Counted from the first letter of the stretch, positions 39,493-48,409 are shown. The stretch: 64,000 nucleotides of DNA from Eubacteriales bacterium (GCA_045656765.1 JAZORU010000016.1:52411-116410); one strand, 5' to 3'. The notes: generated by a model not told the origin, from the letters alone. Translations and numbers: made by a program.

Positions 39493-39909
39493 TTATTCTT
39501 TGTCTGACGAATCCTCGGGCTTCTTTTTCTGGAAGACCGCAACGATCTTTTCAAGTATGTCGGGTGCTTTTTCAACAAGCCCCGTTACCTTGTCAACCGA
39601 TGAGCCTCCGGTTGCGTTTATGGTTATCATATCAACCTTTCCGTCGGTGGAAATGCTAAGAAAACCTACGGGAGAAACCGATACGCCCGTTCCGCCGCCG
39701 CCACCGAAATTAGCACCTTTTTCTTCGGCTTTTTTTGCAGAATAATCAAGACCGCCCGTAACGTAGCCTATAGATATTTTACTGACGGGGATTATTGTCG
39801 TGCCCGACGGTGTAACGATAGGCTCGCCTACGACTGTTTGTGCATCCACAAGCTCCCTTATCTTTGAAAGGGAAGTGGATATCATATCGTTCATTTTTCC
39901 TTCTGCCAT
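39493..39909 (-). CDS. ytfJ: sporulation protein YtfJ (GerW family)
   Basis: VVGEPIVTPSGTTIIPVSKISIGYVTGGLDY...GGGGGTGVSVSPVGFL; 138 aa. Confidence 0.88.
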   Translation of the reverse strand: MAEGKMNDMISTSLSKIRELVDAQTVVGEPIVTPSGTTIIPVSKISIGYVTGGLDYSAKKAEEKGANFGGGGGTGVSVSPVGFLSISTDGKVDMITINATGGSSVDKVTGLVEKAPDILEKIVAVFQKKKPEDSSDKE

Positions 39910-39944
39910 GATGTTGTTCCTTTCTTATGTGTTGTTTATGATTT

Positions 39945-40658
39945 TTATATTTTATAATCCTTAAAATATTTTTCTTTCACAAATTTAATTGCTACCGAGA
40001 GCAGCATATCGAATACGTGCCACACGCGAAGAGATGCCGCAAGCACTATATCTATCTCGGTCTTCTCGGAGAGAAAGTTTGCATCCACTACTATATCTCG
40101 GTTGCTTTTGGGGCTTACGTTGGTTATAGAATCAAGCACGGATATAAGTGCACTCACCCCTTGACATACGATACCGTAGGATATTGCGGTTTTTGCCGCA
40201 TCCTCACCGCCTACCGTTATGCGTATCCTTGTAAGGTCAAGGCGAAGTCTTTTTGAAAAGCGGCCGAAAAATGTGCCGACAAGCTTTGCTACAAGCCCAA
40301 CCAGATCAACGATTTCAGAGGGTGATTTTTTAGGCTTCGGCTTTGTCTCTGCCTTCTTTTTTGCCTCGTCCTTTTTTTTCTTTTTCTTTTCGGATGAGCG
40401 GGCCTTTTTTTGCTGCTTTTTAAGCTCCTTAAGCTTGTCCTTTTCCTGCCTGCGTCTGTATTTTTTGCTTGTCCAATCTTTGAGCTTAACTTTTTTTCTC
40501 TCGCTTGGTACAAGCTTTATTTTAACAAAAAGAATCTTTAAATATACGGTCGCGCTGTCGCTCGCTTCTATAATCACCTTAACCTTTAAAAACATTAAAG
40601 CAACTATCAAAAAAAGCAAAACGAAAAGCACGGTAAGTACGATATAAATGCCCCTCAC
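39945..40658 (-). CDS. DUF2953-type sporulation membrane protein (YtfI-like)
   Basis: N-terminal TM segment, then VKVIIEASDSATVYLKILFVKIKLVP. Conserved pairing upstream of ytfJ. Contains a poly-Lys insert. Confidence 0.75.
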   Translation of the reverse strand: MRGIYIVLTVLFVLLFLIVALMFLKVKVIIEASDSATVYLKILFVKIKLVPSERKKVKLKDWTSKKYRRRQEKDKLKELKKQQKKARSSEKKKKKKDEAKKKAETKPKPKKSPSEIVDLVGLVAKLVGTFFGRFSKRLRLDLTRIRITVGGEDAAKTAISYGIVCQGVSALISVLDSITNVSPKSNRDIVVDANFLSEKTEIDIVLAASLRVWHVFDMLLSVAIKFVKEKYFKDYKI

Positions 40659-40693
40659 CTCCCGTCTCGTTTAATTTCTGCTTCGTATTTGCT

Positions 40694-41335
40694 TTACTCT
40701 ACGGATACCGTCTCTTGCGTGTCTGTCTCCGTAGCATCCGTCTCCGCTGCCGCTACCTCGGTTTCCATTTCTTCAATAGTCATATTCTCAAAATTGCTCT
40801 GAGTGTGTCCTATCTCGGATACGTCAGGGAGATCTGACGTGGAAGAAAGCCCGAACACGCGAAGAAAATCGGGTGTAGTGCCGTAAAGCATAGGACGGCC
40901 GGGCGCATCCACTCTGCCCTTCGGCTCAATAAGCCCACGGTCAAGCAGACTGTTTACCGCGTATGTCGAATCAACTCCGCGTACCGTGTCTACGTAGGTT
41001 CGCGTTACCGGTTGATTGTATGCAATTATGGCTAAAGTTTCAATAGATGAATTTGAAAGGTTTCCGCCGCGCTTGATGTCAAGAGCTTCCTTTATATAAG
41101 AGATATACTCCTGACGTGTGCAAAGCTGTGCGCAGTCGTCCATAGCAAGCAGGATTATTCCTCTGTCGGCGCTATTGTATTCAAGCGCAAACTCGGTTAT
41201 AAAATCCTTTGTTTTTTTCGGTGTTAATTCAAAAAGCTGAGAAAGCTTGTCATAGGTTAAGGGATGTCCTGCCGCGAAAAGCACTGCCTCTGCGACCTTT
41301 TTCATCTCTTTTACGTCTGTTATAGGTTCTGTCAT
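40694..41335 (-). CDS. scpB: segregation and condensation protein B
   Basis: EAVLFAAGHPLTYDKLSQL...IAYNQPVTRTYVDTVRGVDS; follows scpA. Confidence 0.92.
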   Translation of the reverse strand: MTEPITDVKEMKKVAEAVLFAAGHPLTYDKLSQLFELTPKKTKDFITEFALEYNSADRGIILLAMDDCAQLCTRQEYISYIKEALDIKRGGNLSNSSIETLAIIAYNQPVTRTYVDTVRGVDSTYAVNSLLDRGLIEPKGRVDAPGRPMLYGTTPDFLRVFGLSSTSDLPDVSEIGHTQSNFENMTIEEMETEVAAAETDATETDTQETVSVE

Positions 41336-41360
41336 TTTGATACCTTCAATTCAAAAAAAA

Positions 41361-42149
41361 TTATTTATCCGCATCTATCTCGGATTTAGGAAGATTCAAG
41401 AGTACGCTTTCGTCGGGGTTGAGCGTCAGCTCTATATCAAATCCAAGCTCCCCTCGTTCATCCTCTTGTCCTTGCAGCTCCGTAAGTATCAGCGTCCTTG
41501 ACTTAATAAGCTCAAGCAGTGCAAGGAAGGAAGCTATAAGCTCGCTTCTGTCCTGTGCATCGTCAAGAATCTGCAAAAGCGTTTGCTTCTTTTTCGCTCT
41601 GAGTGAGCTGACTATACTGCTGATGCGCTCCTCAACCGAAACGACACGCGCACGGACAAGCGGCTTTATATGCGTGCTTTGTACGTTTTCCGCCGCTTCC
41701 AGACGCCGCATCATAAGAGACAGGGCGCGTGAAAGAAGCTCGGGGTCCATGCCCGCGGGAACTTCCTTGTCGGGCGGTATCTCGTCCTCGTCCTTTATCA
41801 TCCTGCCCGAGTGCTCCGCATACATCGGAAGCATTTTTGCGGCGGCTTCCTTTGCCTTCTGATAAATAAGCAAAGCCTCGGAGAGCCATGCACGCGGGTC
41901 CTCCTCATCCTCGCTGAGACGGGGAAGGAGCATGCGCGATTTTATCAGCATAAGCTCGCTCGCCATAACGATAAACTCGGCGGCGAGGTCCATATCCATC
42001 CTCTGCGCCTCTTCGATATACTCCATATACTGCTTGCATATAACGGATATCTGAATATCGTTTATGTCCATTTTGTTTTTGTTTATAAGTGACAGCAGAA
42101 GCTCGAGAGGCCCCTCGAAAACTTCCAGCCTATAGGTCAGCTCTTGCAT
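41361..42149 (-). CDS. scpA: segregation and condensation protein A
   Basis: YRLEVFEGPLELLLSLINKNKMDINDIQIS...; 262 aa. Confidence 0.92.
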   Translation of the reverse strand: MQELTYRLEVFEGPLELLLSLINKNKMDINDIQISVICKQYMEYIEEAQRMDMDLAAEFIVMASELMLIKSRMLLPRLSEDEEDPRAWLSEALLIYQKAKEAAAKMLPMYAEHSGRMIKDEDEIPPDKEVPAGMDPELLSRALSLMMRRLEAAENVQSTHIKPLVRARVVSVEERISSIVSSLRAKKKQTLLQILDDAQDRSELIASFLALLELIKSRTLILTELQGQEDERGELGFDIELTLNPDESVLLNLPKSEIDADK

Positions 42150-42167
42150 TTTTTTACTCCGAAAAAG

Positions 42168-42899
42168 TTATTTTAGAGATAAGAAGGGAATCAGGTCAAA
42201 GAGTGAATGGAATAAGTCCTCAACACCGCCCACTATTCTCGACATGGATAAGAAATCAGGTCCGAAAGCGAGCAGAACAAGCACTCCTATCATGATATAC
42301 TGCTCGTATTTCATTATTCCGAAATAATACTTGTCGGGAAGAAAGGCGAAAAGCACTCGCGAGCCGTCAAACGGCGGCACGGGAATGAGATTGAAAAACG
42401 CGAGGCTGAAATTCAAGTAATAAAAATAAGATAAAAGCATGGTAAGTGCGTTTGCAAACGCAACCACGGTTTCGTTTGCATTCGGGTGATAATATATTAC
42501 ACCGCCGAAGCTGATGAACACACCGCTTGCAACAAACAGGGAAATTGCTATTCTGTAAAGCAGAATACCAATAATTCCAAGGCCGATGTTCGTAAGAGGC
42601 CCTGCAAGCGCGGTTAGCGCCATGCCCTTTTTTTGCTGCTTGAAATAGCGGGTATTTATCGGAACAGGCTTTGCCCAGCCAAATCCGCAGAGAAGCATAC
42701 ATAAAGCTCCGAGAGGGTCAATATGCTTTATGGGATTGAGAGTTAATCTGCCGAAATTTCGGGCAGTGGGGTCTCCCATTTTGTATGCCGCGTATCCGTG
42801 TGCCGCCTCGTGAAACGACAGGGCTATGAGAACGCACGGAATAGAAAGCAGTATTCCGAGAATTTCAATTTTTCCGCCGCTTAAAAGTTGTGTTAACAT
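42168..42899 (-). CDS. site-2 protease family (peptidase M50) membrane metalloprotease
   Basis: HEAAHG zinc motif, NPIKHIDPLG, NLIPVPPFDGSRV. ATG 42899 (AAAGG RBS) is preferred over the TTG at 42926, which would overlap lysA. Confidence 0.88.
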   Translation of the reverse strand: MLTQLLSGGKIEILGILLSIPCVLIALSFHEAAHGYAAYKMGDPTARNFGRLTLNPIKHIDPLGALCMLLCGFGWAKPVPINTRYFKQQKKGMALTALAGPLTNIGLGIIGILLYRIAISLFVASGVFISFGGVIYYHPNANETVVAFANALTMLLSYFYYLNFSLAFFNLIPVPPFDGSRVLFAFLPDKYYFGIMKYEQYIMIGVLVLLAFGPDFLSMSRIVGGVEDLFHSLFDLIPFLSLK

Positions 42900-42915
42900 T
42901 GTTTTTACCTTTCGA

Positions 42916-44211
42916 TTATACGTCAAGTGAGCAGACGTGCTCGTATGTTTCTCGCTCTACTGCAACCTTGCACTCGCCGCCCTCTACCGTTACGATGGGC
43001 GGGCGGGGGATTCTGTTGTAGTTTGACGCCATGGAATAGTTGTACGCACCCGTTACAAGCACCGCCAAGGTGTCGGAGCGCTCGGGTGTCTGTATTTTCA
43101 TGTTCTCTCCTAAAAGGTCACCCGATTCACAGCATCTTCCCGCTAAAGTACAGGGATAGTCTGTAGGCTCGGATGCCTTGTTTGCTATAAGAGCAGTATA
43201 TTTTGAGCCGTAGAGTGCGTATCTCGGGTTGTCTGGCATACCGCCGTCAACAGACACGTAATTTCTAAATCCGGGCACGGTCTTTACCGAGCCTACGGTG
43301 TAAAGCGTGAGTCCTGCCGCCGCAACTATACTGCGCCCGGGCTCAAACATTATCTTCGGCTTTATAATATTACGCTCTCTGCAGATTCTGTCTATCTGCG
43401 CGGCAATAGCCTTGATGTTGCAGACGACGTCTATATGCTCGTCATCCTCGGTATATCTTACGCCAAAGCCTCCGCCGAGATTAAGCTCTCGAAGTAGGTA
43501 GGAGTGACGCTCGTATATATCGGCTATAAAGCGTATCATTATCTCTGCTGCCGTGACAAACGGCTCTGTGTCGAAAATCTGTGAGCCGATGTGTGCGTGA
43601 ACGCCTACAAGCTCAATGTTTTTGCACTCTATCGCACTTAGGACGATTTCCTCGGCCTGTCCCGTCGATATGGGAGAGCCGAACTTAGAGTCAACGTTTC
43701 CCGTCGCTATCGCCTTGTGTGTGTGCGGGTCGACCTCGGGGGTTATTCGAAGAAGGATTCTTTGAATAATACCCGCGTCTCCTGCGATTTTGTCAAGCGA
43801 ATAAAGCTCGTCTTTGTTGTCAACTACAAACGTACCGACACCGCACTTTATGGCAAACGCTATATCAGCGTCGGTTTTGTTATTGCCGTGAAAATACGCT
43901 CTTTCCATAGGGAATCCCGCCGCGTGAGCTGTGTATATCTCACCGGGGGAAACACAGTCGATGCCGAGCTTCTCCTCAGCGGCTACCTTGTATATTCCTT
44001 TAAAGGACAGCGCCTTTGAGGCGTAAAGCGGAATGGCGGTAGAGCCAAAGCATTCTGTCAATGCCTTGTAGTAGGTACGCATCTGTGCACGAACCGCGTC
44101 TATATCAAGCACGTAAGCGGGCGTGCCGTACTCTTTTGCTATGTCTACCGTGTCGACACCGCCTATTGTAAGATGTCCTTTTTCGTTTACGTTAAGATTT
44201 GGGTGAAGCAT
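42916..44211 (-). CDS. lysA: diaminopimelate decarboxylase
   Basis: YASKALSF (PLP Lys), GGGFGVRY, CESGD; 431 aa. Confidence 0.93.
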   Translation of the reverse strand: MLHPNLNVNEKGHLTIGGVDTVDIAKEYGTPAYVLDIDAVRAQMRTYYKALTECFGSTAIPLYASKALSFKGIYKVAAEEKLGIDCVSPGEIYTAHAAGFPMERAYFHGNNKTDADIAFAIKCGVGTFVVDNKDELYSLDKIAGDAGIIQRILLRITPEVDPHTHKAIATGNVDSKFGSPISTGQAEEIVLSAIECKNIELVGVHAHIGSQIFDTEPFVTAAEIMIRFIADIYERHSYLLRELNLGGGFGVRYTEDDEHIDVVCNIKAIAAQIDRICRERNIIKPKIMFEPGRSIVAAAGLTLYTVGSVKTVPGFRNYVSVDGGMPDNPRYALYGSKYTALIANKASEPTDYPCTLAGRCCESGDLLGENMKIQTPERSDTLAVLVTGAYNYSMASNYNRIPRPPIVTVEGGECKVAVERETYEHVCSLDV

Positions 44212-44226
44212 TGCCTGTCTCCTCTT

Positions 44227-44832
44227 TTATTTGTCGCAGAGCTTAAATATCTGACTCCAAAGCTCCTCTTTGCCTTCTTTTGTGAGTGAAGAAAATTCAA
44301 CTATTACGTCGTCGTCTTCAAAGTGAAGGTCCTCTCGAAGCTGTGCTATGTTCTTCTTTCTGTTTGTTGCGTTGAGCTTGTCGACCTTCGTTGCCGCTAT
44401 AATAAAAGGAATCTCCGAGTCGATAAGCCAGTTTATCATCGTTACGTCGTCATCTGTCAAGCCTATGCGCGAGTCAACGAGCTGAACAACTCCGCAGAGC
44501 AGATCGATATTCGGATTTGCCGTAAAATAGCCGTCGGTCAGCGCCGACCACTTCTTTTTGTCCTCAAACGAGCGCTTTGCATAGCCGTATCCGGGAAGGT
44601 CTACTAAAAACATCTTTTTGTCAATGTCGTAAAAGTTTACTGTAATTGTCTTTCCGGGCGATGCGCTTACACGGGCAAGAGACTTGCGGCCGAGAAGCGT
44701 GTTTATAAGCGAGCTTTTTCCGACGTTTGAGCGTCCCGACACAGCTATCTGCGGCAGGGCTTCGCGTGGAAACTGCTTCGGTACTCCTGCGCTTATTTTA
44801 AGTGTTACGTTATTGAGATTGGGTTTTATCAT
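44227..44832 (-). CDS. engB: ribosome biogenesis GTP-binding protein YsxC/EngB
   Basis: GRSNVGKSSLINTLLGRK, DLPGYGYA, TKVDKL. Conserved position after lon. Confidence 0.93.
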   Translation of the reverse strand: MIKPNLNNVTLKISAGVPKQFPREALPQIAVSGRSNVGKSSLINTLLGRKSLARVSASPGKTITVNFYDIDKKMFLVDLPGYGYAKRSFEDKKKWSALTDGYFTANPNIDLLCGVVQLVDSRIGLTDDDVTMINWLIDSEIPFIIAATKVDKLNATNRKKNIAQLREDLHFEDDDVIVEFSSLTKEGKEELWSQIFKLCDK

Positions 44833-44839
44833 AATGTAC

Positions 44840-47266
44840 TCATTTTCCGATACCGTAAGCCACGTGCTCTGCCGCCCGCTCCGTATATATCGGGGGAAGC
44901 TCGGTATCTATAGTGTTTTCTTCTTTTTTCTCGGCAATTGGCTTGCACAGTGCGTGCTCAAGCACCTGTCGTGCACTTTTGACGGGAATAAAGGTTATCT
45001 TTTCCTTTACCTTTGTGTCAAGCTCGGACAGATCCTTTTCGTTTTGCATAGGGATGATTATTGTGCTTACCCCCGCCTTGTATGCCGCCATGCTCTTTTC
45101 TCTGAGACCGCCTATGGCAAGCACGTTTCCGCGAAGGGTAACCTCTCCCGTCATTGCTACGTCACGGCGTACCGCGCGTCCTGTCAATGCACTTACAAGA
45201 GCCGTTACCATAGTAACCCCCGCGCTCGGTCCGTCCTTTGGTACGGCACCCTCGGGCGCGTGGATGTGAATGTCCTTGTTTTTGTAAAAATCAGCGTCTA
45301 TACCAAGCTCGCCTGCCATACCTCTGACACAGCTTACTGCTATTTTTGCCGATTCCTTCATCACGTCTCCGAGAGAGCCCGTAAGCTCTATCTTTCCAGT
45401 GCCGTCAAAAACTGCAATTTCGATTTTGAGCATCTCGCCGCCAAAATCGGTGTAAGCGAGTCCGTTTACGCAAGCGACCTCGTCCTCGTCGGATATCGTC
45501 TCGTTTATTACCTTTACGTTGCCGATAAAGTCGGAGAGATTAGCTTCTGTAACTTTTATTTTACTCTCGCCCTCAAGCACGCGTACGGCACACTTGCGGC
45601 AAAGATTTGCTATCTCACGCTCAAGATTACGCACGCCTGCCTCTCTTGTGTATCCGTCTATAAGAGAAAGAATAGCACCGTCGCTAAGACTGACGTTCTT
45701 TTTCGTGATTCCGTGACGCTTGTATTGTTTGGGTATAAGGTGGTTCTTAGCAATCGAAAGCTTCTCGGCTCTCGTGTATGTGTGAAGGTGAATTACTTCC
45801 ATTCTGTCTACAAGGGGCGCGGGTATGCTTTCAAGTGAGTTTGCCGTTGCTACGAAAACGCAGTCGGACAAATCAAACGGAAGCTCAACGAAATGGTCTC
45901 TGAAATTTTTGTTCTGCTCGGAATCAAGTACCTCAAGCAAAGCACTCGCGGGATCTCCGTGCGAGTCGCGCGTCAGCTTGTCTATTTCGTCAAGCAGTAT
46001 AAGGGGATTTGAAACCTTGGCCTTTCCGAGAGCCTCTATTATACGTCCGGGCATACCGCCTATATAGGTCTTTCTGTGCCCTCTGATGTCCGCCTCATCA
46101 CGAACACCGCCGAGTGAAACACGCACGAACTTGCGCTTCAGCGACCTTGCAATAGACGAGGCTATCGAGGTCTTGCCGACACCGGGAGGGCCTACAAGAC
46201 AAAGTATTTGGTTCTTTGCTTCGGGATTAAGCTTTTTTACCGCAATATATTCAAGAATTCTTTCTTTTACCTTTTCAAGTCCGTCGTGGTCAGCGTTAAG
46301 TATCTTTCTTGCCGCTTCGACGTCTGTGCGGTCAGTGCTTCTCTTGCCCCAAGGAAGCTCAAGGCAGGTGTCAAGGTAGTTTCTCGTGAGGCTCGCTTCG
46401 GCACTGCCGAATTGCATACGGTCAAGCTTTCCCGCTTCCTTTTCAAGCTTCTCTTGTACCTCTTGTGGAAGCTTTGCGGCCTTTATCTTATCAAGATATT
46501 CCTCGGTGTCGCTTAGCTCCTGCCCCTCGCCAAGCTCCGACTGTATGATTTTAGCCTGCTCGCGAAGAAAATAATCACGCTGATTGCGGTCGAGCTTTGC
46601 TTTTACACGACGGTGAATATCAAGCTCAAGCGCTAAAAGCTTTGCCTCACTCTGCATAAGAACACAGGTGAGCTCAAGGCGCTTTTGAGGATCGAATTTC
46701 TCAAGAACCTTTTGCTTGTCCTCATATTTAATGAGCACGTTTGAAGCAAGAAAGTCAGCAAGAAGTCCGGGGTCGGAAAGTCTGTTTACCGTATTTCTTA
46801 TCTCGTCGGATACGGCGGGCAAAAGAGTAGAGAAGTGAGAAAAAAGATTTCTCGCTTCAAAAACCAGAGCCTCGCTTTTGAGGGATGCCGTGCGGCTCTC
46901 TTCGATTTCCTTCGTTACGACCTCGGAGATTATGTATGAGCCGCTTTTATCAAAGCCGATAAGCTCGGCGCGCGCGGTTGCAGCGACGATAATTCTCATA
47001 CCGCCGTCCTTGTTCTTTATCGACTGTCTTATTCTTGCAACGACACCTACCTTGTACATATCCTCGCCCGATGGATCGTTTACGGATATGTCCTTTTGTG
47101 CTACGAGAAAAATAGGAGTATCGTTTTTCTGTGCGGCATTGCATGCGGCAATAGATTTGTCGCGTATAAGCTCAATGCTTATGGGGACGCTCGGGAAAGC
47201 CACGATGCCGCGCATAGCGATAGTCGGAAGAGTTAGCTGTTTGGCAGTTTCAACGTATTTTACCAT
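44840..47266 (-). CDS. lon: ATP-dependent Lon protease
   Basis: LON N-domain, Walker A GPPGVGKTS, LLDEIDK, protease Ser box PKDGPSAGVTM. ATG 47266 (AAAGGA RBS) is preferred over 47314. Confidence 0.96.
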   Translation of the reverse strand: MVKYVETAKQLTLPTIAMRGIVAFPSVPISIELIRDKSIAACNAAQKNDTPIFLVAQKDISVNDPSGEDMYKVGVVARIRQSIKNKDGGMRIIVAATARAELIGFDKSGSYIISEVVTKEIEESRTASLKSEALVFEARNLFSHFSTLLPAVSDEIRNTVNRLSDPGLLADFLASNVLIKYEDKQKVLEKFDPQKRLELTCVLMQSEAKLLALELDIHRRVKAKLDRNQRDYFLREQAKIIQSELGEGQELSDTEEYLDKIKAAKLPQEVQEKLEKEAGKLDRMQFGSAEASLTRNYLDTCLELPWGKRSTDRTDVEAARKILNADHDGLEKVKERILEYIAVKKLNPEAKNQILCLVGPPGVGKTSIASSIARSLKRKFVRVSLGGVRDEADIRGHRKTYIGGMPGRIIEALGKAKVSNPLILLDEIDKLTRDSHGDPASALLEVLDSEQNKNFRDHFVELPFDLSDCVFVATANSLESIPAPLVDRMEVIHLHTYTRAEKLSIAKNHLIPKQYKRHGITKKNVSLSDGAILSLIDGYTREAGVRNLEREIANLCRKCAVRVLEGESKIKVTEANLSDFIGNVKVINETISDEDEVACVNGLAYTDFGGEMLKIEIAVFDGTGKIELTGSLGDVMKESAKIAVSCVRGMAGELGIDADFYKNKDIHIHAPEGAVPKDGPSAGVTMVTALVSALTGRAVRRDVAMTGEVTLRGNVLAIGGLREKSMAAYKAGVSTIIIPMQNEKDLSELDTKVKEKITFIPVKSARQVLEHALCKPIAEKKEENTIDTELPPIYTERAAEHVAYGIGK

Positions 47267-47331
47267 ATCTATGTGTATCCTTTCAAAAGGGGAAAAACAA
47301 TATTTTGGGCACAAAAACCCATATTTTATAT

Positions 47332-47360
47332 ATTATAGCACGTAATTTCGAAAATTTCCA
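47332..47360 (-). promoter_or_regulatory. candidate promoter of lon (extended -10)
   Basis: Minus strand: TGGAAA (47360-47355), 17 nt, TGcTATAAT (47340-47332), about 60 nt upstream of the lon ATG. Confidence 0.5.
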
Positions 47361-47408
47361 TAGTTTTTGTGAACAAATATAAAATTTTCTTCAATATTAT
47401 AAATGTCC

Positions 47409-47521
47409 CAAAAATACAAAAAGCACAGGAAGGTGTCCACCGTCTTGCAACCATAAGATTGGTACGCGGATAACATCTCTGTGCTAACTGTACGTTGCAG
47501 CAAAACGCTTGCCCTGCTGCG
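47409..47521 (-). ncRNA. candidate structured RNA of about 113 nt (independent sRNA or upstream attenuator-type leader of lon)
   Basis: Minus-strand promoter TTTACA-17 nt-TATACT (47556-47528). 5' hairpin GCAGCA/UGCUGC. 7-bp closing helix AGCACAG/CUGUGCU enclosing about 50 nt, directly followed by UUUUUGUAUUUUU. No credible ORF. I could not assign it to a known RNA family. Confidence 0.3.
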
Positions 47522-47639
47522 ATTTAAAGTATAACAAACGAGGAGCTTTTTGTAAATTCGCAAAATAGACGATATTCAACAATTTTTTTTGTTGGATGTG
47601 ACGATTTTTGTATTTTGTAAAAAAATCACCGAAAAACTA

Positions 47640-47668
47640 TTGACAAACACATACGCCTGTGATATAAT
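47640..47668 (+). promoter_or_regulatory. sigma-A promoter of the infC-rpmI-rplT operon
   Basis: TTGACA (47640-47645), 17 nt, TATAAT (47663-47668). Confidence 0.75.
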
Positions 47669-47674
47669 TCTCGA

Positions 47675-47797
47675 GTAATAAAGAAGAACACCCTGTTCTC
47701 ACCGTGCCGCAGAGGCGAGTACGGTTAATATTTTCGTCTTGCCCGAAGGCAAGGCGTTTAGATGTGCGGGGGAGTTCTTTCGCACATTATTTTTTTG
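47675..47797 (+). promoter_or_regulatory. infC-operon 5' leader with intrinsic attenuator (L20-leader-like)
   Basis: Leader of about 130 nt ending in hairpin GATGTGCG...CGCACATT (47761-47788) plus TATTTTTTT, immediately before the infC RBS. In Bacillus this leader position is the L20-responsive attenuator. The fold is not verified here. Confidence 0.55.
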
Positions 47798-47809
47798 GAG
47801 GTGCTTTTT

Positions 47810-48370
47810 ATCAGCCAGAAGGAAATGCTCATCAACGAAGAGATAAGAGCAAAAGAGGTTCGTATGATAGGTCCCGACGGGGAACAGCTTGGTATTATGG
47901 GTATAGACGAGGCGAGAGCCTTCGCATACGACAAGGGCGTTGACCTTGTACTTATGGCGCCCAATGCGGAGCCGCCCGTATGCAGAGCTATGGATTACGG
48001 TAAGTATCGCTTCGAGCGAGACAAGAAAGAAAAAGAGGCACGTAAGAAACAGCAGATAGTTAAGGTAAAGGAAGTTAAGCTCTCCTGCCGTATCGATACA
48101 CACGATTTTAATACCCGTGTCAATCAGGCGAGAAAGTTTCTTGAGGGCGGAGACAAGGTAAAGGCAATAGTAGTGTTCAAGGGACGCGAAATGACTCACC
48201 TTGATATCGGTCGCGAAATGCTTGACAAGTTCCTCTCTGCGTGTGAAGAATACGGCACGACGGACAAGAAGCCCACTATGGAGGGAAGATTCATGTCGGT
48301 TGTGATATCACCCCTTAAGGCTGACAAGAAAGCGGCGAACAAAAAAACATCAGACGGCGAAGCAAAGTAA
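47810..48370 (+). CDS. infC: translation initiation factor IF-3, probable non-AUG (ATC) start
   Basis: (I)SQKEMLINEEIRAKEVRMIGPDGEQLGIM... GGAGGTG (47797-47803) is correctly spaced for ATC 47810. The first in-frame ATG (47825) has no usable RBS. The ORF-track start at 47762 lies inside the attenuator hairpin. Confidence 0.9.
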   Translation: MSQKEMLINEEIRAKEVRMIGPDGEQLGIMGIDEARAFAYDKGVDLVLMAPNAEPPVCRAMDYGKYRFERDKKEKEARKKQQIVKVKEVKLSCRIDTHDFNTRVNQARKFLEGGDKVKAIVVFKGREMTHLDIGREMLDKFLSACEEYGTTDKKPTMEGRFMSVVISPLKADKKAANKKTSDGEAK

Positions 48371-48409
48371 CGCCTAAGAAGAAAAACTATAAACAAGGAG
48401 AATAAAACA

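Noticed and set aside
44684-45838. 384-aa plus-strand ORF
   Set aside because: It is antisense to engB and lon, has a Cys/Phe/Tyr/Leu-rich nonsense composition, and spans a gene boundary of the real minus-strand genes.
47479-47489. TTAGCAC (minus strand), resembling one arm of a CIRCE/HrcA operator upstream of lon
   Set aside because: CIRCE needs TTAGCACTC-N9-GAGTGCTAA, and no matching second arm is present 9 nt away. The motif is instead part of the 7-bp helix of the candidate RNA.
47333-47563. 76-aa minus-strand ORF in the lon-infC intergenic region
   Set aside because: There is no RBS upstream of ATG 47563, the composition is implausible, and it overlaps promoter-like and hairpin elements.
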